Assembly: GCA_905178155.1 (NCBI GenBank)
Contig: CAJINV010000001.1
Location: 1,787,904-1,851,903, forward strand
Direction of reading: 5' to 3'
DNA: 64,000 nucleotides
From: Amoebophrya sp. A120
Lineage: Eukaryota; Protista; Dinoflagellata
Position 1 is the first letter of the stretch, and the number at the start of each line of letters is the position of its first letter. Below, in pieces: positions 38,171 to 51,798 of the stretch. The notes beneath the pieces were generated by a model, which was given only the letters and a program-made list of their open reading frames with translations, did not search any database and had not been told where the DNA came from. The position numbers and the translations under genes were made by a program.

Positions 38171-40889
38171 TCACTCCACCACATCTTTCCGCTTGGCCAG
38201 AAAGCACCAGGTCGAGTTTTCGTTCTGCACGATGGCCCGCGTGTTCTGTCCCAGCACCGAAACCTGCAAATTGTCTTCCAGAAACTCGTAGCCCGCGGCC
38301 TCGATGAAAAAACGCAAATCCGCGACGGAAAGCGGCAGGTCGGTCGAAAAGGGCTTGTGCCGGGTAGGGTTCGTCTGGTCCAGGTGTCCCGACCCGCTCT
38401 GCTCGGCGCGCAGATCGAAGGCCGGCGTCATCCAGCGGTAGCTGGCGGTGCCGATGTGGAGCCAGTACATCGCCTTGGACTTCTTCACCTCGAAAAGCTT
38501 GTCCAAAAACCAACTGGATTCCTTTTCCACGTGGCCCTCCCGTTCGGAGATAAACTTGGAAATGTACCCCAGCTTGCCGTACAACTTCAGTGGCGGGGCA
38601 TACGCAAATCCGTAACTGGTCACAAACACGGTCGTCGGGCCTTCTTCTACAGCCGCTGTTGTTGATTTGCTGACCGTACTAGAGTTTTTAACTGAGGGTG
38701 TCAGAGCTGGGTAGTCCGCACTTGTCGCCGGGATCTTGTCATTATCTGCTTTATTGTGTTTCTCGGATTGGTGTCCACCTGCCGTCTGTGGCTCGTCGCT
38801 GTTGTGCGTCGAGGTTGCAGTGCCATTGCTGTCTTGCTGCCACAATTTCTCGACAGAAAACATCTTTAGTGCGTTGGCTTGGAGCTCCTTCACGTCGGGG
38901 AGATTCAACATTTGCGACGTGGCAGGCCCGTTTTGCGAGGACACCATGTCGACATCCTGGACATTTTCCATCGCCGTCCCACTTTGTTCTAGCACTGCGG
39001 CTTCCTTAGCAGCCGATCCGCGCAACCAGGCAGGCAGGCGCTGGAGAATGCCGCTTTTCTTTTTGTCTTCGCCCGAAGCAGTTGTTTGCTCTTTGAGTTT
39101 ATTATTTTCTTCACCGCTGTTGACCACGTTCGCATCAGCCAAGTCGGGGGTGGACGTGGTTTTCTGCTTTTTTGCGGATTTTTTACTTGACGACTTTGCT
39201 GTCCCTGTTTTGTTCTCCTGCTCATCACCCGAGCAACTGGAGGAACTATCTGGCTCTCCGCCCGCGAAGTTGAGCCTTGCCTCCTGTTTCGCGTCATCCG
39301 CCCGCTCCAGGGCGGTCTTGAGCTTGGTTGTCTCGTCCAGAAAAATGTCCGGAAATGTGATCGGCCGGAGATGCTCGTCGTACTGGATGCGGTTGTTGCG
39401 ATCTGCCGCGTATGGGTACATTGTCCATGTGGTGCGGTCCGGATTCAACATCTGCTTGGTTAGTTCGTGCTCCAGGGGGTCAGCGAACCGGGTAGCGACT
39501 TCAAAAAGGTCACCATATCTGAAAAGTATTGGAGAGTTCTTTGTGCTTTTTTTTTTCGTGCAAAATAATTTGATCATGCAGGCGTGCCACTGCTGCTGCT
39601 GCTGCTGCTGCTCTTGCTACGGAAAGAACGCGCGATGAATACAGCGTCAAATCTAGTAAACAAGAGAATCAGTTGCACGTACTAACTTACCCTTTTGCCA
39701 AGAACTCGTAGGTTAACCGGCCTAACCAGGACCCGTCCAAAACAATCTTGGCCTGCTTTTTCTTTTCCACAGTCACAGTCGCACCGTTGTTCACCCCCCA
39801 CGCAGTCTTCTTGACCGGTGGAGCTGCTGCTTCCGTTGTAGAAGTAGCTTTCTGACCTAGTGAAGAACCACCAGTTGATGTGCTGCTGCCCACAATCTTG
39901 TGCAACCGGACGATCTTGTCCACGTAGCGGAAAAACACGCCCAACAGTGGCTTTCGCTCCAGCTCGCCCTCCTCCGACCAGAAACTTACCAGGATTTTCG
40001 CAATGCGCTCCCCGTTTAGAGCGCCAAACCGCTTCGGGTTGTAGACCGGCGAGAGATTTTTCGGCAGGTTCAACAGATCGCACATCTCGTTCTCGTTGTG
40101 TTTCACGCACTGCGCCAGCCTCGTCACGTGGTCGTCCACCTGAAAACACAGCAGGTTTTTGTCGTCGACCGAGAGGTATCGGAGCCAGTGCTCTTCGACC
40201 TGCGCCTTCCGGGTTGTCGCGGAAAATAACCCGAAACTGCTCGCATTGATGTTCATGCGCTTCATAAGCTCCTGGTTCTCCTTTCGGTAGTTCATATCAC
40301 CGGTCATCGGAGAAGTAGGGGGGCCTTGGGGACCGAAAACGACCGGTGAAGTAGAAGCAACTCCTGGCGTGATGCAAGAAGCAGGTGTAGCTGCATGATC
40401 GCCTTGCACAAGGGACATCCCAGCGGCCTTGATGGGCTGGTGCTGCCGCCACGAGCTGCTGCTGGGCGAGGGGGTAAGGGCTTGCATCTGCTCCAAACCA
40501 TTTTTTTCCTCTTCCTGATCCACCGGGAGGTTTTGTGTCTTGCTTCCTGGTGGCATCGCTGCTCCTGCGGCATTCGTCGAAGTAGTTGTCACAACGGTAC
40601 CAGTTGTACCGCTCGTCGTTGGACTTTTCGACGCCGCTCGTGAAGTTGTAGACGACACCGGCATAGTACTTTTACCTCCACTTTTCAGCGCCTTGCTGTT
40701 CGACTTCGGGTCGGCAAATTCCGTCGGAGGAATAACGCGGGTCGCCTTTTGATCTTGCGGTTGCGCTGGTGTGCCAGCCGGAGTTTTGTTACCCAAGGTT
40801 GTTGTAGTAGTAGAATCTCCCCCCTTAAGATTTGCGTCGACCTGCATCTTCATCTGCGCAGCGTCACCTTCCGGACGAGAAATCGCCAT
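38171..40889 (-). CDS. Divergent N2227 / carnosine N-methyltransferase-like protein, 2 exons
   Basis: FWSEEGELER, IVLDGSWLGRLTYEF, LRPITFPD and YWLHIG...PLSVADLRFFIEAAGYEF resemble N2227 blocks. GT-AG intron at 39519-39690. Confidence 0.65.
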
Positions 40890-41750
40890 GGTTAGGTAGA
40901 AGCCGAGGAATCAATAAGTCCTGTGACCGAGTGGAAATGATTCGATGAATGGCGTGCGGCAGCCAAGAAATGGCTCGAAGATCACTTCAGGCGGTAGAAA
41001 GAAAACACGATCTACTACGTTGACAACTTCTTCTAACATTCCGCTTCCATAGTCGGCACTGCGTCTTTGCTAGGAAATCGAAAAGAGTAGGCGTGCCAAT
41101 TTTCAGTTGTAGTAAAATCATAACATCATGATGCTATTGTAAAACATGTGGATACTACTAGAGCTTCGTATTGACAAAGCCACGCAGCTGCAGACGCAAG
41201 GTGATGAAGGAAAAGCTCAAAATTGTTCTAGCTAGTATTCACGACGAAACGTCGCCCGGTCGTGGTGATGTCGTAGCTTCATCTTGGCGCAACAAAACAC
41301 GAGCTACATTCTGCTGGCGCTGGCGCTGACGGATCTTGTTCTGATGTTATTTGGCATTCATCTATCTTTCACTTTCGGCAGCGGATCTAGGGATTGAATA
41401 TTGAAACTTTGTTTCTGCGAAACAAAAGCTCCTTCCGTTGAAGTTGATACCACAATCGTCAAAATCGAACATCCTTGTCTTCCTTCGTCGTTGATGTTGA
41501 ATACAGTTACGGGGATGATTTTTTGTCATGTGAGCGTGACATCACGCTTGGTGGTATTCTGGAAAACGAAGGCGGCAGGCGGAGCCTGTGCGAGGCACCC
41601 TGAGGTATAGATTCTGTGTCAACGTCTTCGACTCTTTTTTCAACATTTTCTTCTGCTTGATAGAGGTCGCACGGCAAGAAGTAGGTGGACGTGGTTTATT
41701 TGAAAATTGTTCCAAGCCACGTTTTCATCCCCGCACCACCACCACTTTTC

Positions 41751-43351
41751 TCAGCCCCACTTGACCATCAACAATAAAACCTCGATGCAAATGGCCACGA
41801 CGAAGAAGATGATGCACTTGGTCGCCCGGGCGGACTTGTGCGCCTTTTCCGCCTTGACCAATTGCACGTTGGCTTCCCGGGACTGGTTGACCACCTGCTC
41901 CACGTTGTAGTCGATTCTGTCGAGCATCGTTCCCTGATCGATCATATGCATTGCAAAAGTACCGCACTCGTAGGGTAGTTGTAATCGCAATTATGCATGA
42001 CAAACCGCCGTCACCTTCCTGAGCTAAAACAGCATTAGAAATTCCAATTTGCAAGATGACGGAGTTTATCATCATGCGATTCGTACGTACTAGTACGATA
42101 CTTTTATTGCAATTTATAGATCACCAGCACGGCGAGTTCCTTGAACAACGTGTGCAGCTCCTGGATGGATTGCGCGATCTTCTTGATTTCCTCGTTTCGA
42201 TGGGCGACGTTAAACTCGACTTCTTCCAATTGCAGCAGTTGGGCGTCGGAAAGCTGCGACCGCGAACTGCCACCAGCGGCGGGCTCACTGATCGTTTTTG
42301 TTTAGTTTCGTAGTTATTATCTCTCCCAAAGTTGATAACCGTCACTACGGACGCAATGACACATGGAAGGACATCTACACCGTGAGAAACACTCAATGTT
42401 GCGTCGAGCGTCTACTTAGAAGAGTGTAAGACTAAGTTTCATACCCTATGTCATCCCATATCATGTCGTTCCCGCGGCCCTTCAAGCCTGCGACGTAGGA
42501 TTTCTGGAACAAGCGAAATTCCTGTGACAGCTGCTGGAGCTGCGTCGCCAGGTTCCGCTGTGCGTTCTGTCGAAGAACGTACTCCTTGTTCGTCATACCT
42601 GATGTGGTGTAGTTGTGTTGATGAAGTTGTAGTGGAGCAGAATCCTCTTCCGTAGAGCGCTGCTGTCAAGAGCTGCAGACATTCGAACTGCGGTCCATGA
42701 CCTGCTTTGGGTCTATCTTAGTAGATACTGCATACGTACACAGCTAGCAATGGCCAATTTCACATACAAAAGCGATCCGTCTGCGTTTCACTTAAGTACC
42801 CATGTCTGCCCCTTGCGTTTGAATTCGCCGGATCAATTCCTCGCATGTTTTGAACAGACTACTTATCTGCGTTGATATCACCTCGATGTCCTTGTCTGGC
42901 ACGTCGCTATCGGGTGCGAAAACCTGTTTTCGAGTGCGTTTTTCAACACCTGTCGTCCCACATGTCTTTATCACATTTTTGGTTTCATCTTCACAGACGA
43001 GGGTTTTTTCGCTACTAGAGAAAAATCCACTCTTACCTGTCGTAACCGCTTCTGTTGGGCCTGCTGCAATTTGGTCAGTTTGTCCTTGATTTTTATGATG
43101 TTGTCCTGGGTTTCGCCGACGATGTCCATCCACTGGGGTGGGAGCACGTCCAGCTCAATGTCCCCCCGGTACGAGGAGGAAGACGACGATCCGCCGCTCT
43201 GCACCTGGTTGGACAGTAGTCTTGCGGAGGAATTTTCCGTCAGGAAACTTCCGGCGAACCGGTTCTTCTTCTGTTTGTGGTCCGCCCGGTACTTCATGTA
43301 GGTGGAAGTCAGGTTGCGCGAAATCATCGTCCTGCTCGTGGCGCCCTCCAT
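41751..43351 (-). CDS. STX16: Syntaxin-16/Tlg2/SYP4-type Qa-SNARE, multi-exon
   Basis: N-peptide SRNLTSTYMKYR, LPPQWMD, SNARE motif RNEEIKKIAQSIQELHTLFKELAVLV-IDQGTMLDRIDYNVE and a C-terminal TM. Confidence 0.88.
41945..42118. mobile_element. Introner (174 bp), GATCA TSD, inside the SNARE motif
   Basis: TATGCATTGCAAAAGTACCGCACTCGTA vs rc TATAAATTGCAATAAAAGTATCGTACTAGTA. GATCA at 41940-41944 and 42119-42123. Removal restores the conserved LVIDQG. Confidence 0.92.
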
Positions 43352-44379
43352 AATTGTGCTGGAGGTATCCGTAATATTGGAACACGACGACGCAGAAGAG
43401 GGGATAGGGTGCGAGGGTTATTTCACAAACAATCGCACTACACGTCCTAGCGGAGAACGCCGGCTTCTAGGGGGAGAGCGTCTTGTTCCTGTGGTGACTC
43501 CAAACGAGGTCCCATGTGGTTGTTAGAAGAAAGAGCTGGTGCCTGGTGCTAATGCAGTTGTCTGCCGGAAGGAGCTCCAAGGTTTAGTCTGAGAAAAGGA
43601 ACTAGACCTGTAAAAACATCCAGGACAAGCGCAAGCGAGAACTGAATCATGAAACAAACGAGCGTGGAAGCGCACATGACGTGATGACGTTCACAACTCT
43701 GTGGAGATCACTTTCAATTCGCGAAATTTTAAAGCGCAGACGGGGATGGAAGCTTCGTAATTGTATATCATGATGCATTTTTTCACCTAGTTGTCAGCTG
43801 TGAGTGTGACTATGAAGATGGAGAGCCACGTTTATCTTTATATTGTGCTGAATGACGACTACAGGAGCTAGAGGCGGGTCCTGATGTAAATGATTGTTGA
43901 TATGCTACAATCACATACTGTTGACTGCATCATTTTCCCGAAGCGATCGAGCGTGACCTTATCCGTTGGCTTTACGCTGTACTTAGAACACTTGTCCAGA
44001 TGAAATGCTACTCCATCCCCCGCAAACGAAGTCAAGAACATTTAAAAGAAGATAACTGCTCAGCTGGAACACATGCGTCCTCCATGTGCGTCTGTACACG
44101 GTCGTTTCTTTGAATCGTTTGCAGGCGGATCAGTCGATGAAGAGAGAATCTCAGCCCCCCGGTCCATCGTGAGAATATTAATAGCTGGCATGTTATTAGT
44201 AGGAGCCGGCATAATTCGTGCCGCATTTACGTCTATTCGCGGTTGTTATATCGTCTTTGATGTCGTCATCGTCCTTTTTCTTTCATGCGATGCCACCGCT
44301 CACATCAGAGACAGAGATGAACCTGCCTCACCTCTGCTGTACCCCTACGCTACTTGGCAACATTTTTCTACTTCTAGTT

Positions 44380-45910
44380 CTAGATACGGTTCCGCATGCC
44401 CCCGTGCAAAGTTGCGTCGCGCAATGCTGACGAAGAGTCCAAGCGCGGTCGGAGGCGAATTGGAAGACGCGGCTCAACTTCTCCGCGCTGACGTAAACGG
44501 ATCCAAGCTGCCTCTTCTAGATTAGGGTCCCGTTCCTGTTCCTGAAACAAAGCCAGCAGGCCTGGCGTCTTGCTGCTTAGTCGCTCCGCTACGCTCGGAA
44601 CAAGGTCGGCAAATTTGTCCTTGTTGGTAAGCGCAAAACGCTTGACGTCGCGTTTAAAGAGTGGCGGGCGTCTCTGTTCGGAAAGGAGACATTCGGACGA
44701 CACCGTTTCCCAGACTTCCTCATCAACAACACACTCTCCTTTACCTTCCGAAAAAGTCTTCAAAGCGAGATCGCAGATGGCTTTATGCGCTTTTGCGGCC
44801 GCCGTTTCTATTGCCTTTATGAAACATTTTTCAAACGATGACAAACTTTCTATTTCAGCAGACTGCTTCCAATCCTTGCTCGAGGCATCGGCGTGTCTCC
44901 AACCGACTATCGGTTTTCCTTCGCGAACGGCGTCAATGTAGTCCAGTTGGTCCTCCGTGCAAGCCCAGGGTCCGCAATAGAAACCTGCTTCCCATGAAAC
45001 AGTGTACGGCAGGGGCATGTCAACATTTCGAAAGCGACTTATCTTCTCCGTCGATATCTCGTTGCCTTCTGCGTCTAGAGCTTTGTAACCTTTTCGATCC
45101 AAATAACACGCGACGATCTGGGGATCGATCGAATCGCCTTCCTTGTCTACGGGCGCCGCCTCAGCGATTTCCTCTGTGATGATGAACTCTTCTGCGCCCC
45201 TCCGCGCTGCGGCAAGGATGAGCCCTTCATAGTACTGGATAGCACGCAACCGGTCAGTTGCTCGAGCTGTCTCCGTCGCGACTTCGGCTCCCAGTGCGCC
45301 AGTGGTCTCACTCGGACCTGCTTGCCCAAGAAAGGCACGGATAACCCGACGCACGTCACCTGGTAGGGACTTCTTTCGCTCGCGCGCAACTGGCCGAGTG
45401 GCAAAAAACTGCCAGAGATTGATCTGTTATATTGTTTTCTTAGTTTTCATTTTAATACTCCGGCAATGGACTGACCATGCGACGAGTGTGGTTTTTCATG
45501 TAGAAAAAAAGACTACTGCTCACGACCTCACCGTCGCCACTGCGAAACAAGTGGAGAGCGGCTCCGTTATTTCAGAACCAACGGCCGGCACTGATCATCA
45601 GCACCTGGATCAGACCAGCGCAACAAGCATTTAGCGCTATCATGGACTCAGCATCTAATTGCCATACTTGTTACGCACTTACCTGCGCATCCAGAACTCT
45701 AGTAGCGCAGCTGATCTCCATATTTCTGTAGGAGACCTCCTTGACTTTGTCGATCCAATCCTGGTATTTCCCCTTGTAACTGATCAGCAAATCTGGCACG
45801 GTGGGTTCGCGAGGAGCACCATCTTGCCTAGTTCCGTTCGCAATGTCCTCCATTTCGGCGGCGTTGCTGCGTGTAGGCGCGCTACTACTACTGGTGCTTG
45901 CGGCCGCCAT
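44380..45910 (-). CDS. Unknown protein, tandem paralogue A (F-box-like LPGDVRRVIRAFL motif), 2 exons
   Basis: Exons 45910-45683 and 45423-44380, with a GT-AG intron at 45424-45682. Clear similarity to 46862-48502. Confidence 0.7.
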
Positions 45911-46861
45911 ATTAATGGGTGGTCCTCTGTTTCTGAAAAGTAAAAGTAAAAGTTCCAGCAGAAGTAATGGGGAAAATGACAAGACGTCGAGCAATGTCGT
46001 CGTATATTAATTTGGAGCCAGTGCTCGCGCAACACACAGATGCAGATCAAAGAGATATGTCTACCCTCAGATCAAGTCGTTGAAAAGCGAAGACCAAAAG
46101 TGTTCATCAAAGTCGTTCTAGTGTCACGGACTCATCCCTTTTTCTGCTTGCGCTGGAAGATTGAAAGACTTCGAAGCACTTAAACAACGAGGAGTACCTA
46201 CAAATTTCTTAAAAAGCCTAGTACTCAGAAGTAGACGATCATAGGCAGCTCTGCGCCTTTCTCTTTTTTGCCTGAAAGGAGGCTCAATTTGTAGAGCTGG
46301 TTTCGAAAGGACGCGCACCACGACTGAAACCCCGAATAGAAGATACTCTGACGCGAAACGCAAGCAAGTGGATCGGTGGTAGAACAAGTACTATTAGAGC
46401 TGCAACTTGTCTTGCGTAACATACATGCTCGTGGTCGCTAGTAGTGCCAATCTGCCGTGCAGCGAATGCGATTGTCAACAAATTTGAACTTCTCACAACG
46501 GCTGCACTATTTTACCGCAGGCATAGAGAGATTGTAGATGGACACAAAGAAGCGAGCCTCTATGTTCTGACGTGATGAGCTTGAGTCTTCGTGAAGCGAC
46601 ATTCACTTCGTAACTGTCACTGTTTTGCACACGCATTTTTACAATCGACGAACACCCGCACCGTATCGGAAACTGGATGCAAGCATTTCATCCAATGAGT
46701 TCTTCCATCTCGATCGCGGCAATAGCAGTCAAGAATTATCAGGAGACACCGTAGCTGCTGCACATGCAGTCGTTTCTATTCACAATTACTCGCTGCCATC
46801 ACGGCGTCAGAATCTTCCGTGCGTGGTTGTCCTCTTGCGGCCAAACCTGCGCCAACTGTAG

Positions 46862-48502
46862 CTAAACATTTTCGCGTGTCGCGCTCAGTTCGTCTGTGGC
46901 ATCTTGTCCGAATTTCGGTCGAAGACGGAGTGGCAGCCTTGGATTGAGCTTTCCAGAAAATTTCAAAAATTGGTCGATATCGTCATCCGGGTTGAAGTCA
47001 GCGGGCAGAGTTGGCGTGACACAAAGACCATCGGTCTGAAATGCTAGTCGTCGCGCCACACTAGGCAGCAAATCCGCTACGGCACATTTTTTTTCGGTGT
47101 CTCCTGCAACAAGCGCCTCCACGTCTTGCCGGAAGAGTGGTGGCGATTTTTCGCCAGCAAGCTGAGACTTGGCAGCAACATCGGCCCACACCTGCTCGTC
47201 CACAACGAATTCGGACAGACCTTGCGAGAAAGCTTGTCGCGCAAGCTCATACACTGCCGTTCGGGCACTGGAGCAAGCCGTGTCTACCGCTGCTACGAAG
47301 CACTTCTCGAGTTCTGACAGGGTGTCTTTCCGTTGCGAAGCAGCTGGATTTTCAGGGAGGGTAGCAGACAACATCTCTCCACCGGTAGCGACCAACGTTT
47401 TTCCCTGCTTGATTCTTTCAATGTTGCGGATGTCGGATGGTGTACACGCGTCGAGGCCCACTTCGTGACCGGCCGGCCAAACTACAAAAAGAGGCAGCGC
47501 TTCGCCAAGCCGTGGCCCATCTTCATCGTCGAACTCCAAATTTTCGACCAGCTTACAGGAGACGCGTTCGCCGTAGCGGCGCCCCAAAGTCACCCTGTAA
47601 CCGAGTTGGTCCGCCAGGTAACAACCCACAAGAAGTGGGTCAACCGGCGTTCCGCCCCGGCTCACTGGGGCTGCTTCCCACACTGCCCGGGTGATCTCAA
47701 ACTCCTCCGCCCCCGTTTTCGCCGCGTCCATGATGAGCCCCTCATAGTATTGGATGGCACGCAACCGGTCGGTTGCTCGCGCTGTCTCTGTAGCGATTTC
47801 GGCTCCCCTGGCGCCAGCGCTCTCACTCGCACCCGGTTGCCCAAGAAAGCCACGGATGACCCGACGCACGTCAGCAGGTAGGGATTTTTTTTGTGTGCGG
47901 GCGACTTGCCGAGTAGCGAAAAACTGCCAGAGGTTGATCTGTTTAGTTTTGAGTTTGTTTTCCGAAAATCAACTGTGGCGCATTGCCATTGCAGTCGTTG
48001 TGTAGGATATTTTTGCAGAACGATATGTAATCTCACCAGGAGTACCTGCTTCATCAGTACCTAATCTGACCAGGAGTACCTGCCTAATCTCACCAGGAGT
48101 ACCTGCTTCACCTGGTATTGAATAATCCTGCTTCATCAGTACTGATGGTCAGTGCTTCGCTCCGGTGATCGGGCACTGATCATCTAGATCGAGCCACATT
48201 ATGAGAACCAACAGTTTTGCTATCATGAGTCAATGTCATCCGCCATCAACCGAGTACCGCACTTACGTATGTACCTGCGCATCCAAAACTCTAGTTTCGC
48301 AGGCTCTCTCCATATTCTTGTAGGAAATCTCTTTGACTTGTTCGATCCAATCTTGGTACTTTCCTTTGTAGCTGACCAGCAAATCCGGGACGGTGGGCTC
48401 GCGACGAGCAGAGTCTCGACTAGTTCCGTTCGCGATAGCGTCCATTGCTGCAGCGCCGTTGCTGCTCGTAGGTTCGCTGCTGCTGCTACTTGCGGCCGCC
48501 AT
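46862..48502 (-). CDS. Unknown protein, tandem paralogue B, 2 exons
   Basis: Exons 48502-48275 and 47938-46862, with a GT-AG intron at the same position as paralogue A. Shares EPTVPDLL.SYKGKYQDWI and ATETARATDRLRAIQYYEGLI. Confidence 0.7.
48028..48110. repeat. Three direct copies of TAATCT(C/G)ACCAGGAGTACCTGC in an intron
   Basis: Visible at 48028, 48062 and 48085; absent from the paralogous intron. Confidence 0.85.
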
Positions 48503-49286
48503 AGTCGATCGGTATGTTTTTCAAAGCCTTAGGCTGAATTAGAGCAATTCTAGCTGCAAGACGAGAAGCAGCAATGACAAAAATGAACTAAGTACTTTCC
48601 TATGGTTCGAAGAGGTGAAAGACGAGGCACTATCACGAGGACAGTACAACACACTACGACAATTCACTTCACAACTGCGATGAGGTAAGCGTACGCGAAG
48701 TAGCCGACGGAAAATGTTCAAGTTGGCGCTCTTCCCCTCGATCTCATTTCTTTTTCTGTCTGCGTTTGTGGTGGAAGGTTGATACTCGAACTAGCGATAG
48801 AACAAACAAGAAACCAACGATGCAGGGGATTTCTCTTTGCTTGTCTCTCTCTCTCTCTTGAATGGAGGCTCAATCTTAACAGTACTTTCGCAAGCCCACA
48901 CAAACCTGGACAAGGGCGTGGAAAAAAAGTTCTATTCTCTGACGCGCTGACTAAGCAAGTAAATCGGCCATAAAGTGGCAATTTGCACCGGTCGTTGGTC
49001 TCTGTGCAGATTTGTCATACAACGAACAAAAATGTCAATGAATTCGCTAGTACAAGAACAGCTCGTACTGCACTATGCCATGCCGAGCACGGAAAGGCTC
49101 GAAAGAATGTATAACCCATGGACGAGCCTTTCTGGTGACTGAGGTGATGAGTTTGACTGAGTACATCGACAATTCGCGACGTCTGTTCGTTCCCACACGA
49201 ATCAATATCACATTCCAGCAGAGGTATCTATTTTTATTTACGGAATTTGTCCGACATCGAATCATAGATCGATCCGCCAGTTCGTC

Positions 49287-51798
49287 TCACCAAGTCTGCC
49301 ACGGGGCCACGTCATCCAAAAAAACGCGCACCATCCTGCCTTCCCACCGCGCCTTCAAGAACGCCTTGTACCCGACCGCACCGTCGGGAAACCTCGACGC
49401 CTGCCCCTTCTTCTTCACCAATTTCCACGCGAGGCTGTTCCGCCCGGCAATGTTCCGCCGGGTCTCTTTCGTCATGCCCTGCGCATCCAGCAGACAGTGG
49501 ACCGACCGCTGCTTGTCGTAACACATCCACGGGGAGTTATCGGGGTCGTCCACCGGGGGCTGCACTTTCACGATGAATTCCTTGTCACCGTACACGTTGA
49601 GCGAAGAAGACTTCTCGGCGTTCTTGCCACCCTGAGGACCGCCCGACACAACTTGCCCCGTTTTGTTGTTAATGGTGCAGGCACTGGCGCCACTTCCGGG
49701 CCCCACCATCATGCCGAACATGGCCATCTGTTTTCGCTGGAGCGAATTCTCCACCGCGTCGAACAGTACGCTCGGCCTATTAGGGTCATTATCTCCGTGC
49801 GACTTCTTGCTCTTTTTGTTCTTCTCCGCGGTGCGACAGCGCTCGTTGCAAAACCTGTTCACCTCGGTGTCGGGGCACCTGTCGTTGTTGAGGTAGGGTG
49901 GAGAAATAAATGTTTCTTCATTCTACAACTCGAACACCTGTGACATCCGTAGTGGTAGTTGGTCACCAGGTCAAAAAACAGAGACAAGAAGTAAAAGTAG
50001 ACATCAAGAAAGAAAAACGTATACAACATAGATACTTCATCATGTTCTCGCCCAGTTTCCCGCAATTGGTGCACTTTTCCTGGACTATCGCTTGCGCTGC
50101 GTGCGCGTCCTTCATGGCCTTCAGTGGAGCGGGGAACAAGACCGATTTTTGAAAAAACTCGGTCTCCGCAGCGCGCTCCTTCTGTACCAGCAGCCGCTGG
50201 TTCTGCTTCAGCACCTCACAGCCGTACCGGACCGCGGCGGCGCTTCGAACGCAGGACTTCAGGTGCTTCACCTTTTTGAACTTCTCGCCGAAGGTGTCTT
50301 CTGGTGAGGCAGTGGAATTACCTGTCGTTTTTTGTTCCTGTTCGTCAATTGCACAGCATGAAGTCTCGCAAGAAAACTAAACTGCGGAATGCAATCTGGA
50401 GGGCACACGGGCGTTTGGTCACGCATTGTTGTAGAAACACAAACAGAATACGGCAGCAAAAAACTTGACTTTCTTCTTGTAGAAAGAACTTAATTTTTAC
50501 TTACCTTCCAGCGCTACTTCGTTTACCCACAAATTCATTTCTGCGTTTAGTCTCTCAATGTCGACCTTTCCCCGCACCGTGTGGGCGTATTTGACGCAGA
50601 AGAGTGGCGGCTGCCCGAGCGGCACGACGCCTCTCTCCTCATCTTCTTCTAGCAGGTTTTCGCACGTTTTTTCCGATTTTGCCTCACCTCCACCGCCGGT
50701 CGCAGAGCTACAGGTGGACGAGCCTCCTAGCGGGTTTCCGCATTTTTTCTTCCCTTTCTTTCCCCTAGACGCATCGGCCGACCACAATTCTGGTGCGTGG
50801 AAGTCTTTGAAGTGTTCGGGCTCCAAACCGAGCCCGACCGGGCACTCCCGCACGGGCAGGCTGCAGAGGGACAGTAACAAGCCCTCGCCACCATCGTTGT
50901 CCTGGATCATAAAATGCGTGGACTGTTCGCTGTGGTGGTAGTACGCGATGTGCATGCAGAGGTAGTTCCACTGCAGCGGCGCCGCCATGTACTTCCAATT
51001 CTTGTCGTCGATGGAGACCGCACGCCTAACCTCGCCCGGCACACTCGCGGAAAACGCCCAGGAAATGGCGGAATCTTGTGGGCGAAACATCCTCGGGGGA
51101 TTGAAGGGCTTCAGGGATAGGGGAGCGGAGTTGCTGTGATTCGCCTGCTGTCCTCGGGGGCTGGTAGCTCCATCATCGCTAGAAGGAACCGCATCAAAAG
51201 ACAGGCTCTCGCTCGGGAAGTTCGAGTTTTGCGCTGCTGCATCAATTTTCGGAGCGGCGATATTCTCTACCTCATCGGCTATATCTTTCTTGGATGCTCT
51301 ATTTGCTCCGCCGCTTCGCGATTTCTCTTTGGCTGAACCACTCCCACCAGCACTGCCCGCTGTATCGGTGCTGTTGAAGCACTCTGTCAAAGGTACGCGC
51401 TGTGTCCTCCCCTCCGCGTTTTCTACAGGGACGAGTCGCGTCAGCTTGTCCGGCTTCACCTTCACCACCTCCCCCGAGCTTGGCACAGACACGCAGACGC
51501 GCTCCTTCTCCTTGTCAACCCCGCTGACCGTCACGCGCTGCGAGTTCAGATCCGTACGGGAGACCAATCCGTCGATGATCGCCTGATCGCCGGGAGTCCA
51601 AGCCTCAACCAACGTGTCCGCGACCGCCTGAAAAGCGGACAAAAATTCATCAGTAGAAGCAGCAGCGTCCGATGTGTTTTTTGTCAGCCGGATAGAACCA
51701 GGGGAATTCTCCGACGGACGATCACCGTCGGCGCTGGCGCTTGGTTCCGGGGTGGGGGAAGTTCTGTTTTTGCCATGACAGTTTTTGCCGCGGGCCAT
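49287..51798 (-). CDS. Protein with a degenerate MYND-type zinc finger and a conserved C-terminal domain, multi-exon
   Basis: GLVSRTDLNSQRVTV...VKVKPDKL N-terminal motif; spliced CTNC...KCPDT...FCNERC; C-terminus NVYGDKEFIVKVQ...YDKQRS...LDDVAPWQTW. Confidence 0.6.

Noticed and set aside
39590-39612. (CTG)n microsatellite
   Set aside because: A short intronic simple repeat with no further structure.
45560-45650. Box C/D snoRNA-like ATGATAG/CTGA/CTGATGA motifs in the paralogue intron
   Set aside because: Box C is poor, there is no convincing terminal stem, and the arrangement is not preserved in the paralogous intron.
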